From: Octopus sinensis
Lineage: Eukaryota
DNA: 64,000 nt
Assembly: GCF_006345805.1 (NCBI RefSeq)
Contig: NC_043001.1
Location: 115,382,001 to 115,446,000, forward strand
Direction: 5' to 3'
Shown here: piece by piece, positions 48,802 through 59,980 of the stretch
Numbering within the stretch: position 1 is the stretch's first letter
How the letters are laid out: each line of letters starts with the position of its first letter
The notes under the pieces: generated by a model
What the model saw: the letters and a program-made list of their open reading frames with translations, nothing else
The model's database searches: none
What the model was told of the DNA's origin: nothing
Made by a program: the position numbers and the translations under genes

Positions 48802-50924
48802 GTATTAGGAAGTTGAAAGTTATGACCGGTCATAGAGTCACCATTGGCTTCACACCTATAAAGCGCTTAGCTGCACAGGCGACTCGTCAGACTTAAATGG
48901 TTGAAGACGCATAACCTCTCTAGAAACTGGATGAAGAAATGCATAACGGTCAACTGGTTTTGTAAACAAAAAATAATTGTCCGTGATGCGGGCACAATAT
49001 TGTTATCCTCCTTACATCGGCTCCGGCCATGATGATATTCGAAGGGCTGTGACAGAACTATTCAATGAATGGGGATTTCCAAGTTTTGAATGGGGACATT
49101 GACTGAATAAGTCATTCCTGAAGTTTAAAAATGTCCCCCGATTCGAGCGAGGTTTTAGTATTCTTGCCCTCTCAGGGGCTTATACAGACGGGAGCAAGTA
49201 ATGTAGGCTTTGCTCGGCTGAGAATGCAAGAATCCTAAAAAACTCGCTCAACCCGGGGATCTTTTTAAACTTTGGTTTTAGGTGGGGGGGGTGTTATGCT
49301 TTTAAATATATTCGCTGATACCAACTTAATGTCGGATAAATCAATTAAAGTTGATGTTTCTGAATTTTTTCATTTCTTTAAAACGCGCATAGTCGAAAAA
49401 GACGTAACTCAAAACGACATAAGTCGAGTTATAACTGTATTTCATTGTCCCAGACGCGCAATACACTGACTCTGCCAATGTCAACGACCACTCCTTCTAT
49501 CGAAGATTCATGGTCCACATTGCAAGTGAATATTCCTGCATGATAAAAGGTTACAGTATCGTAAGGGGTACCCATTTCTCCGTATCATTATCTTCGCTGT
49601 GAAGAGAGAACGTTCCAGCAAGAAAGGCAACTGATCCACACTCTCGGTTCCTTCTCTCAGTAGGAGTGGACAGTTGGAGATCATAATAACCGTCAGAAAC
49701 TGAAACCACCGAAAAGCTGAACACTACAGTTGTTTGTTTGTTTTGTGTGTGTATGAGTTTATGTATACATGCGCGCACGCGTCTGTGTGCGCGTGTGTTT
49801 ATATGTGCGTGTGTACGTGTTTTGTTTATGTGTGTGCGTGTACGTGTGTGTGTGTGTGTGTGTACGTGTGTGTGTGCGTGTGCGAATGTGTTTGTACTCC
49901 CCAAGCATATGCTCTTCCTGGATTCATTCACAACACTGCTTCCACCACCGACAAGGAGCCCTGTCGATTCCTACTTTAGAGTGATGTTCGAACAAGAACT
50001 TCTTTGCCCCCCACTCACATGATGAGGGCGCAGAAGCGAAAGGAAAGGGAGAAAAGAGGGGAGGAGAAGGCGAAGGTGACTTGAGATAATTGATACTGAT
50101 TTCTTTATACATAATAACACAAAGATAATCAATTGCGGGAAATTAAGAGAGAGTATATTGATTAAATCAAAGGTTATTGTGTGGAAGATTTTATCGACCA
50201 TCGGATCACCGGTTTGGGAATTACGTTGGAGGGTTCAACATCCTTAGAGGTGTAATGTACAATAAATCAAAAATTTATACGTAACGCATCAAAATAATCA
50301 ATGTAATGATTCTGCAACAAATAATAAATTCTTTCTGTCAGCTGTACGAACTTCAAGGGAAATAATTCTGGAACAAAGGATGAGAGTTATTTCCCTTGGA
50401 CGTGCAGGCGAGCATTATTCAAACTAAAAATGTACATCCGATCCATTACCAGCACACAGCTTGCGCTCGCACACACTGTTGTATTCGCACACACCGATGT
50501 ATTCGTACACCCATACTCGCGCGCCTACTCACACCAAGATAATCTGAGTTACTAAGAATTTATAAGATTAAATTTATCTTTTCTAACAAACATATACCTG
50601 TAATAACATACATATGAACACACATTTATATACTATCTTGCATATATCTCTTTCCTCTATTTGCAAAAGTATAATATATGTACGTATGTATGTATGTATT
50701 TATGCGTGTATGTATCTCCTCTTTCTCTTTTTAATTTAGTATATATTTTGACCAGCGACCTACTTGGTAGCAAATTTGTGAAAGAAAACATCTTGTTTTA
50801 ACCGTCATCGTTTAAATCTTAAGAAGGTACTGCAGTTCGGATATTGTAATCATTTGTAGTATATGAATTAAGGATTTGCGTTCTCTCCTCAAGATATCAA
50901 GTTCAGCCATACTTTTCTCCAGAC

Positions 50925-52810
50925 GGGTTGGTATGCATCTTTTGCTCCAATAATAATAGGTATGAAACTAAAAGTCTATTTTGAGTACTGGATTTGCAAA
51001 TACCTCATCAATGGTCCATAGATGTCCTCTTTCTCTTGCATTTTTCTAAGACCATTCATGTCCAGAGGGCAGCTGATTTCCATAACGGAACACATCTTTT
51101 CTTTGTTGCCCCACACATAGATATCTGACCGGCTGTGTTTTAATTTGGTGGCTGTTTCAATTTTCAAGTTCCACCATCGGTCTCAATATTGTCGCTTTGT
51201 CTGTAAATGTTTTCTCTTTTTGTTATCCTGCTCCAGGCCGCTATGGCTTCGGTATCATACCTCCTGGGAAGATAAAACAATATGTAGAAGACATTCTCTC
51301 ACAGCACAGCTGGCAATAATGTGGTTGGTATCTTCAGTCTTGGTCTTGCACAGCCTACATTTATTTTCTGTCAACGTTTCCTACATTTTATATAAGTACT
51401 TGCTGGGGATCTCTTGTTATTGAATTGCACGGAGTGTAGCCTTCGAAGTGGGATATCATAAACTTTTCGGTACTCTATGCCAAGCTTTTGACATGATCAA
51501 TCCATTTTGCGGTTTGAATTTTACGTTCCAAGTACTCACGTATTTGGTACTCAGTCTATTTATTAAATTTTGCTGTTCTGATAAATAGATTTTACCAATG
51601 TTCTTTAGGGAGACATCTGTATCAGCACTTCTTTCATACCTCTCCTCAAGTTCATAAACTATCCTAATTATGTTCTTGATTTTATGGTCACAAAGTCGCA
51701 TGAGCAGCTTGCGAGTTCGAACGTCTATCCCACTGAGCTCTTGTAGTGACCAGTTCAGAAGGCCAAACGAGGGCATTAGGACAGACACTGCAAAGATGTT
51801 GGGGGCAATATGCTAATTGTAAGCTGAGAGTTCTGATGACTATATTACCTTTACTCTCCTGAGGTATTCATTCCAAGCCCTCTCCTTATTTCTGGGTCCA
51901 TCACATCTGTCATTTTCATTTTGTCCAAGATACCTATATTTGTCACCTGACTGTAGCGATTGTATTAGCAAACCGTTCATCTTTAGGGTTTCAGAAGAGG
52001 GTATAGTTTTTCTACGTTTTATTGTCAGAAACGCACATTTGGACTCACAAATTTTCATCCCAATGTCTGTAGAAAATTGGGTAATGAGGTCCAATCGCTT
52101 TTTTTATATGGTCGACTGGCAGAATCGCCCGGCGTTGCTCGGGTTTGTAAGGGAAATAACTATAAAGCATTTTTAGAGAGTTATAGCAAAAAAATAGCAA
52201 AAAAATGCATTAAAAATGGAAAAAATATGATTGTAAATTTTTTTTAAGTCGTTGACTCATCGTAGACATTTTTAGAGAGTTATTTCCCTTATATTAAAAA
52301 ATGCATTAAAATGGAAAAAATGATGGTAAATTATTTTTAAAATCGTAGACTCATCGTAGACGCGCGCTAATACCCAGAAGGGCTCGATATTAATCACGAC
52401 TATAAGATACCCGGTTTTGGTTAAAATGCACCGCAAAATGTGGGAGTAGTTAGGAATCTAAATCGGAGTATACAGACACGCAACCTTACTTTTATATATA
52501 AAGATATTTCGCTCACACAGTTTCAAGTCGTCAATAAGGAAAAATTGGGAGATGCTTCTGGATCCATTTCTATGGTCACTACGTTTTCTAATGAGGTGTG
52601 ATAGTGAGTTTAATGAGAAGACGAATAGTAGCACTGACAGACTATCACTCTGAAAGATATCTTTTTGATAGTGAATGCTATCCAACAAAATTTTCTCCTT
52701 ATCATTGCTAAGGAGCAAAGTGGTGTACCAAGCATTGGATAGGCGTTTGGTAGCACTCACAAATAGATGTGGGACTTTGGCTAACTGTAAAACCTTCATA
52801 ATCCATCTAT
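50925..52810 (-). mobile_element. Degraded Dong/R4-clade LINE (RT to RLE), split by a Helitron
   Basis: DIFQSDSLSVLLF...IDDLKL...FSTDIGMK...YRYLG...RSDIYVW...EISCPLD. Confidence 0.85.
52116..52504 (-). mobile_element. Non-autonomous Helitron (8047 family) inserted at an A^T site in the LINE
   Basis: The minus strand runs TCTTTATATATAAAAG ... cccgagcaacgccgggcgattctgCCAG. No TSD. Confidence 0.9.
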
Positions 52811-52838
52811 GTCTGTATGTATGCATGTATGTATGTAT

Positions 52839-55800
52839 GATCTCTGTCGGTACTCCTCTTTGATCTCTGACGGCATTCCTCTTTGATTTCTGTCGGTACT
52901 CATCTTTGATCTCTGTCGGCATTCTTCTTTGATCTTTGTCGGTACTCCTCCTTGATCTCTGTCGGTACTCCACTTTGAACTCTGTCGGCATTCCTCTTTG
53001 ATCTCGGAGGGCATTCCTCTTTGATCTCTGTAGGTACACCTCTTTGATCACTGTCGATACTCCTCTTTGATCTCTGACAACATTCCTCTTTGATATCTGT
53101 CGGTACTCCTCTTTGATCTCTGTCGGCATTCCTCTTTGATCTCTGTCGGTACTTCTCTTTGATCTCTGACGGCATTCCTCTTTTATCTATGTCGGTAATT
53201 CCCTTTGATCTCTGACGGTATTCCTCTTTTATCACTGCCGGTACTCTTCTTTGATCTCTTTAATCTCTGTCGGTACTCTCCTTTGATCTCTACCGGCATT
53301 CCTCTTTGATCTCTGTCGGCATTCTCTTTGATCCCTGGCGGTATTCCTCTTTGATCTCTGTCGGCACTCCTCTTTGATCTCTGTCGGCATTCCTGTTTGA
53401 TCTCAGTCAGTACTGCTCTTTGATCTCTGTCGGTACTCCTCTTTGATCTCTGTCGGTACTCCTCTTTGATCTCTGTCGGTAATCCTCTTTGATCTCTGTC
53501 GGTATTCCTCTTGGATCTCTGTCGTACTCTCCTTTGATCTCTGTCGGCATTCCTCTTTGATCTGTCGGTACTCCTCTTTGATCTCTGACGGCATTCCTCT
53601 TTGATCCCTTTCGGTACTCCCCTTTGATCTCTGTCGGCATTCCTCTTTGATCTCAGTCGGTACCCCTCTTTGATCTCTGACGGCATTCCTCTTTCATCTC
53701 TGTCGGTACTCCTCTTTGATCTCTGTCGGTACTCCTCTTTGATCTCTGTCGGTATTCCTCTTTGATCTCAGTCGGTACCCCTTTTTGATCTCTTACGGCA
53801 TTCCTCTTTGATCTCTGTCGATATCCTCTTTGATCTCTGACGGTATTCCTCTTTGATCTCTGTCGGTACTCCTCTTTGATCTCTGTCGGTACATCTCTTT
53901 GATCACTGTCGGTACTCCCCTTTGATCTCTAACGACATTCCTCTTTGATCTCTGTCGGCATTCCTCTTTGATCTCTGTCGGTACTCCTCTTTGATCTCTG
54001 TCGGTACTCTTCTTTGATCTCTGTCGGTACTCCTCTTTGATCTCTGTCGGTATTCCTCTTTGATCTCTGATTGTACTCCCCTTTGATCTCTGTCGGCATT
54101 CCTCTTTGATCTCTGTCGGTACTCCTCCGTGATCCCTTTCGGTACTCACTTTTGATCTCTGACGACATTCCTCTTTGATCTCAGTCGGTACCCCTCTTTG
54201 ATCTCTGACGGCATTCCTCTTTGATCTCTGTCGGTACTCCTCTTTGATCTCTGACGGTATTCCTCTTTCATCTCTGTCGGTACTCCTCTTTGATCTCTGT
54301 CGGTACACCTCTTTGATCTATGTCGGTAATTCCCTTTGATCTCTGACGGCATTCCACTTTGATCACTGCCGGTATTATTCTTTGATCTCTGACGGCACTC
54401 CTCTTTGATCTCTGTCGGCACTCTGTCAGAATTCCTGTCGGTACTCCTCTTTGATCTCTCGGCATTCTCTTTGATCTATGTCAGTCTTCCCCTTTGATCT
54501 CTGTTGGCATTCCTCTTTGATCTCAGTCGGTACTCCTATTTGATCTCAGTCGGAATTCTTCCTTGTTCTCTGTCGGTACACCCCTTTGATCTCTGTCGGT
54601 ACTCCTCTTTGATCTCTGTCGGAACTCTTCCTTTGATCTGTCGGCATTCCTCTTTGATCTCTGACGACATTCCTCTTTGAGCTCTGTTGGTACTCCTATT
54701 TGATCTCTGACGGCATTCCACTTTGATCTCTGTCGGTACTCCACTTTGATCTCTATCGGTATTCCTCTTTGATCTCTGTCGGTACTCCCCTTTGAACTCT
54801 GTCGGCATTCTCTTTGATCTCTGTCGGTACTCCTCTTTGATCTCTGACGACATTCCTCTTTGATCTCTGTCAGTACTCCACTTTGATCTCTATCGGTATT
54901 CGTCTTTGATCTCTGTCGGTACTCCCCTTTGAACTCTGTCGGCATTCCTCTTTGATCTCTGTCGGTACTCTTCTTTGATCTCTGACGGCATTCCTTCTTG
55001 ATCTCTGTCAGTACTCATCTTTGATCTCTGTCAGCATTCCTCTTTGATCTCTGTCGGTACTCCTAATTGATCTCTGTTCGCATTCTCTTTGATATATATC
55101 GGTACCATCTTTGATCTCTGACGGCATTCCTCTTTGATCTCTGTCGGTACTCCCCTTTGATCTCTGTCGGCATTCCTCTTTGATCCCTTTCGGCACCCTC
55201 TTTGATCTCTTTCGGGACTCCTCTTTGATCACTTTCGGGACTCCTCTTTGATCTCTTTCGGGACTCCTCTTTGATCACTTTCGGGACTCCTCTTTGATCT
55301 CTTTCGGGACTCCTCTTTGATCTCTTTCGGGACTCCTCTTTGATCTCTTTCGGGACTTCTCTTTGATCTCTTTCGGGACCCCTCTTTGAACACTTTCGGA
55401 ACTCCTCTTTGATCTCTTTCGGGTCTCCTCTTTGATCTCTTTCGGGACTCGTCTTTCATCCCTTTCGGGACTCCTCTTTTATCACTTTCGGGACTCCTCT
55501 TTGATCACTTTCGGGACTCCTCTTTGATCTCTTTCGGGACTCCTCTTTCATCTCTTTCGAGACTCCTCTTTCATCTCTTTCGAGACTCCTCTTTCATCTC
55601 TTTCGGGATCCTCTTTGATTTCTTTCGGCACAGTCTTTGATCACTTTCGGGACTCCTCTTTCATCTCTTTCGAGACTCCTCTTTCGTCTCTTTCGGCACC
55701 ATCTTTGATCTCTTTCGGGACTCCTCTTTCATCTCTTTCGAGACTCCTCTTTCGTTTCTTTCGGCACCCTCTTTGATCTCTTTCGGGACTCCTCTTTCGT

Positions 55801-56074
55801 CTCTTTCGGCACCCTCTTTGATCTCTTTCGGGACTCCTCTTTCATCTCTTTCGAGACTCCTCTTTCGTCTCTTTCGGCACCATCTTTGATCTCTTTCGGG
55901 ACTCCTCTTTGATCTCTTTCGAGATTCCTCTTTGTTCTCTTTCGGGACTCCTCTTTGATCTCTTTCGGGACTCCTCTTTGATCTCTATCGATACTGCTCT
56001 TTGATCTCTTTCGGCACACTCTTTGATCTCTTTCGGGACCTTTTTTTATCTCTTTCGGCACAATCTTTGATCTC
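52839..56074. repeat. 23-bp minisatellite, ~3.2 kb (~140 units), with two variant domains
   Basis: The unit tcctctttgatctctgtcggtac (variants ggcat, gacgg) runs to about 55185, then tcctctttgatctctttcgggac. Confidence 0.95.
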
Positions 56075-56191
56075 CATTATCATTATCACTATCATTATTA
56101 TTATTATCATTATTATTTTTATTATTATTATTATTAATATTATTATTATTATTAATTATTATTAATATTAATAACATTATTATTATTATTA

Positions 56192-56237
<46 letters not shown>

Positions 56238-59200
56238 GGTTGGTTGGCATCCTTTCTGTCTCGGGAGACAATGGAGTTGCGCATTAAGTAGTCTAGTCAG
56301 GCTTTTACATTTCATGTCCTGATACATTTCCTGCTGTGGCTGTGTCGTCCTATCCTGGACAAACACTCCCTCTGGCAGGTACCGCAAATGTAGCGAAGAC
56401 TGTTCCTGGCTGGTTGTAGTGCCATAGTCTCTTGTTTACGTTTCTTCCTTTCTTTCCATTTCTCCTCTCTCTCTCTCTGTCACTCTTTTGTATTCCCTCT
56501 CTTACGGTACGTCGCCATTCTCCACGGTTGCAGGCACCTGCCTCCCAACCGCTAATACTGATGTTGCAGGCCTTCATGTTTCTTTTGCAAACATCCTTGT
56601 AACGTCAGATCGGTCTACCCACAGACCTAGTACCCCTGGCAAGCTCTCCGTAGAGTATGTCCGTGGGGATTCTGCCATCTTTCATACGGCTAACATGCCC
56701 AAGCCATCTCATACATCTTTGTGTGAGGAGTGCAAACATGCTTGGTATTCCTGTTTGCCTGAGGACATCTTTGTTGGGGATATGAATCTGCCATTTGATG
56801 CGGAGGATTTTTCGAAGGCAGCGCAGGTGAAAGATGTTTAGGCGACACTCTTGGCGTGTGTATAGCGTCCAGGTCTCACTTCCATACAGTAGAGTGTTGA
56901 GTACACATGCCTGGTAGATCTTCATTTTCGTGGTCTTGGTCAGCTTATTGTTGTCCCAAGCCCGTTTGGAGAGTTGGGCCATCGCAGCAGCTGCCTTGCC
57001 AATGCGTATATCCTCAGCAGCTTTGGTGGACATCCGATTTTTTGGAGCAGGATGAAGAGGCCTGTTCTGCTTACCGAGTCAAAAGCCTTTTTTAGATCAA
57101 TGAAGGCCATATATAATGGCATTTTCTGCTCTCTGGACTTCTCCTGAAGTTGGCGTATGGAGAATATCATATCGATAGTTGATCTGCTTCTTCTAAAGCC
57201 ACACTGCGATTCCGGATAGATTCGAGAAGCAAGTAGTTGTAGCCTGACCAGGATAACGCGGGCAAAGGTCTTTCCAACAGTGCTTAGAAGGGATATACCA
57301 TGGTAATTGTTACAATCACCACGGTCACCTTTGTTTTTGTAAAGCGTAATGATGTTAGCATCCCGCATATCCTGAGGGACTGTACCCTCTTCCCTGCACT
57401 GACACAGAAGCTCATGAAGGTGCCGAAGCAGGATGGTGTTTTTGCCGGCTTTGATGATCTCTGAGGGGATGCCGTCTTTTCCCGGAGCATTATTTCTTGC
57501 TAGGGAGTCAACAGCCTTGGTGAGCTCTGCTATAGATGGCGGACTGTCAAGTTCGCACATAACTGGCAAGATCATAACACTCTCGATTGCAGCCTCAGCT
57601 ACCGTAGTCTCCTGTGAGTAGAGATCCTGGTAGTGCTCCACCCATCTATCCATTTGCTTGCCTTGATCCCTGATGAGATATCCAGTAGTTGATTTCAGAG
57701 GGGCTGACTTGGTTGCGGATGGACCGAGGGCCTTCTTCAAACCGGCATACATCCCACGGGTGTCACCCCTGTCAGCACCTGACTGGATACTCTGATAGAT
57801 TTCCTGCCAATACCTATTTGCACAGCGTCTGGCTGTCAGTTGGGTTTTATTTCGTGTCTTTCTGAGTACTTCGAGTGACTTTGTAGAAGAGTCACTCTTG
57901 TATTGCATCAGAGCTGCACGCTTTGCTTCGATAACTGGCTCCAGCTCTGAGAGCCCAGCATTGAACCAATCTGGGCTTTGCCTTTCTCTCATGCCGAAAG
58001 TATCTATTAATGTCGTATACAAGTCTTCCCTGATATAGTCCCACCTACTTTCAGCAGAGGAGGTTGGGCAGCTGCTGAGGGCAACCTTGATAGAAGCAGC
58101 AAAACATTTTCGCAGTGTAGGGTCCGAAGTTCTGGCGGTGTTGATGCGTGGTCGGCCCACTTTCTTGGAGCGATGGACTTTTTAGGGCAGAATCCTCACC
58201 CTACTTCTAATTAGTGAGTGGTCTGTGTCACAATCCGCGCTGTGGTAGCTGCGGGTCAATAGAGTAGAATTCAGAAAGGATCTCCGTGTAATAATGAGAT
58301 CTAGCTGATGCCAGTGGTGAGATCTTGGATGTCTCCAGGATGCCTTGTGGGATGGCTTGTTGCTAAAGAATGTGTTTGTGATGCACAGGTTGTGGTATGT
58401 GCAGAATTCGAGTAGTCTCTGACCATTGTCATTCATGTTGCCAATACCAAAGTGTCCAACACAAATGGGCCACAAAACATGGTCAGATCCACGCGAGCGT
58501 TAAAATCCCCTAGAAGGTAGATATTTTCAGTCGTTGGTATATTTTCTATGACACAGTTGAGATCTTTGTAGAACTGGTCCTTGGTCTCCTATGAGCTGTA
58601 GAGAGTGGGAGCATAGAGGCTGAGTAGATGTACTGAGCCAGAAGAAGTCGAGAGGCGCAGTGAGAGGATACGCTCAGTGCCTCCTGATGGTGGTTCTATT
58701 GAGGAGAGTAGTTAGTTTCTCACTGCAAAGCCAACGCCATGTTGACGAGGTTCTTCTGGATCGCTTCCCTGCCAAAAGAAGGTGAAATCCTGCTCTTTGA
58801 GTTTGCCGTTTGAGGGAAGTCTTGTCTCCTGCAGCCCAGCAATATCTATGTTGAGCCTCTTTAGTTCACGGTCAATGATGGCCGTTTTCCTTGTGTCTTC
58901 AATCCTGAGAAGATCATCAGATATTCCAGGACACATGGTCCTGACATTCCAGCTTGCCAACCGCAGAACTGGTGTTTTCCTGACTTTTAGTTGCTTGCCT
59001 GGTGCAGAGGTTGCAGGCCGCTTTTCGAGACATACTCTTAGCTCCAAGCACCCAATGGAGCAGGCGGCCCGTGACGGGTCAGCACCTTATTAACTGGGGG
59101 TTGCCCAGCTTGATGTGGGTAGTAGCTAACCAATAGGACACGGAGGTCCCTCCCACCGTCAGAGGTAACCCGTCGCGCCCATATTATACGCCAATCTGAA

Positions 59201-59608
59201 TGGACTTATCACTCGTGACTGTTACCTCCCGTGTTGTTTCTGCAGCTTTTTACAGCTGCACTGAAGTGTCCTCTCCAGTTTTGCGCAGGCCTGGGCTATA
59301 GATAAGAAAGTCCTGGGTAGCCCAATCGTCAGGTTTCCTCTCTCGACCTTGCTGATGTAGTCCAGTGGAGTGCAGTGCATTACGTTTGGCACCAGCTTGG
59401 TTGCAGGAGCTGCCGGAAGAGTGTCGAGTCGAACACTAGACCGCCTTCAGGGCTCCACTCCGGATTTCTTTGAAGGTTGTCTCCTTTCCGTAACCCTGGA
59501 TAGGGGCCCATACCGGGTACTGTCAGCCGGAGCCAGCTGAGCCCGTAACTCGTGTCAGGCAGGGTCGTCACTCCCCGAAGTAGTGAAGAAGTTCGCTACC
59601 CACTACCT
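56238..59608 (-). mobile_element. RTE (BovB-like) LINE with 5' UTR, APE and RT domains, an internal RT deletion and a (TAA)n tail at 56075-56237
   Basis: APE: LASWNVRTM..DIAGLQETRL..HGVGFAV..FSNKPSHKASWRHPRSHHWHQLD. RT: NAPGKDGIP..LYKNKGDRGDCNNYHGISLL..FIDLKKAFDSV. The 3' end is ttgtctcccgagacagaaaggatgccaaccaacc. Confidence 0.93.
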
Positions 59609-59636
59609 TTTATTATTATTACTATTATTATTATTG

Positions 59637-59676
<40 letters not shown>

Positions 59677-59744
59677 CATTATTATTATTATTATTATTAT
59701 TATTGTTATTATTATAATTATCATCAACATCATCATTATTAAGA

Positions 59745-59925
59745 TGAGGAGCTGCTGGAATTGTTAGTAGGCTGGACGAAGTGCTGAGCTGCAACTGCAT
59801 TTCACCCATCACTACCTTCTGAATTCAAATTCTTGTTCGGATGAGATGAGTATCTGCGGAGCATTGGGGTTGATGTGATCTAATTGCCCCTCGGCACATT
59901 TACAGGCCTTGTGCCTAGAGTAAAA
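59745..59925 (+). mobile_element. Diverged SINE remnant between (ATT)n runs
   Basis: Contains ggagctgctggaattgttag, ttctgaattcaaattc, and cattggggttgatgtgatc. Confidence 0.55.
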
Positions 59926-59938
59926 ATTATTATTATTA

Positions 59939-59980
<42 letters not shown>

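Noticed and set aside
52839-56074. Long R/E/K-rich ORFs on the minus strand suggesting a repetitive protein, or a CRISPR-like array
   Set aside because: The ORFs occur in all three frames as a by-product of a 23-bp unit. There are no unique spacers and no splice or start context.
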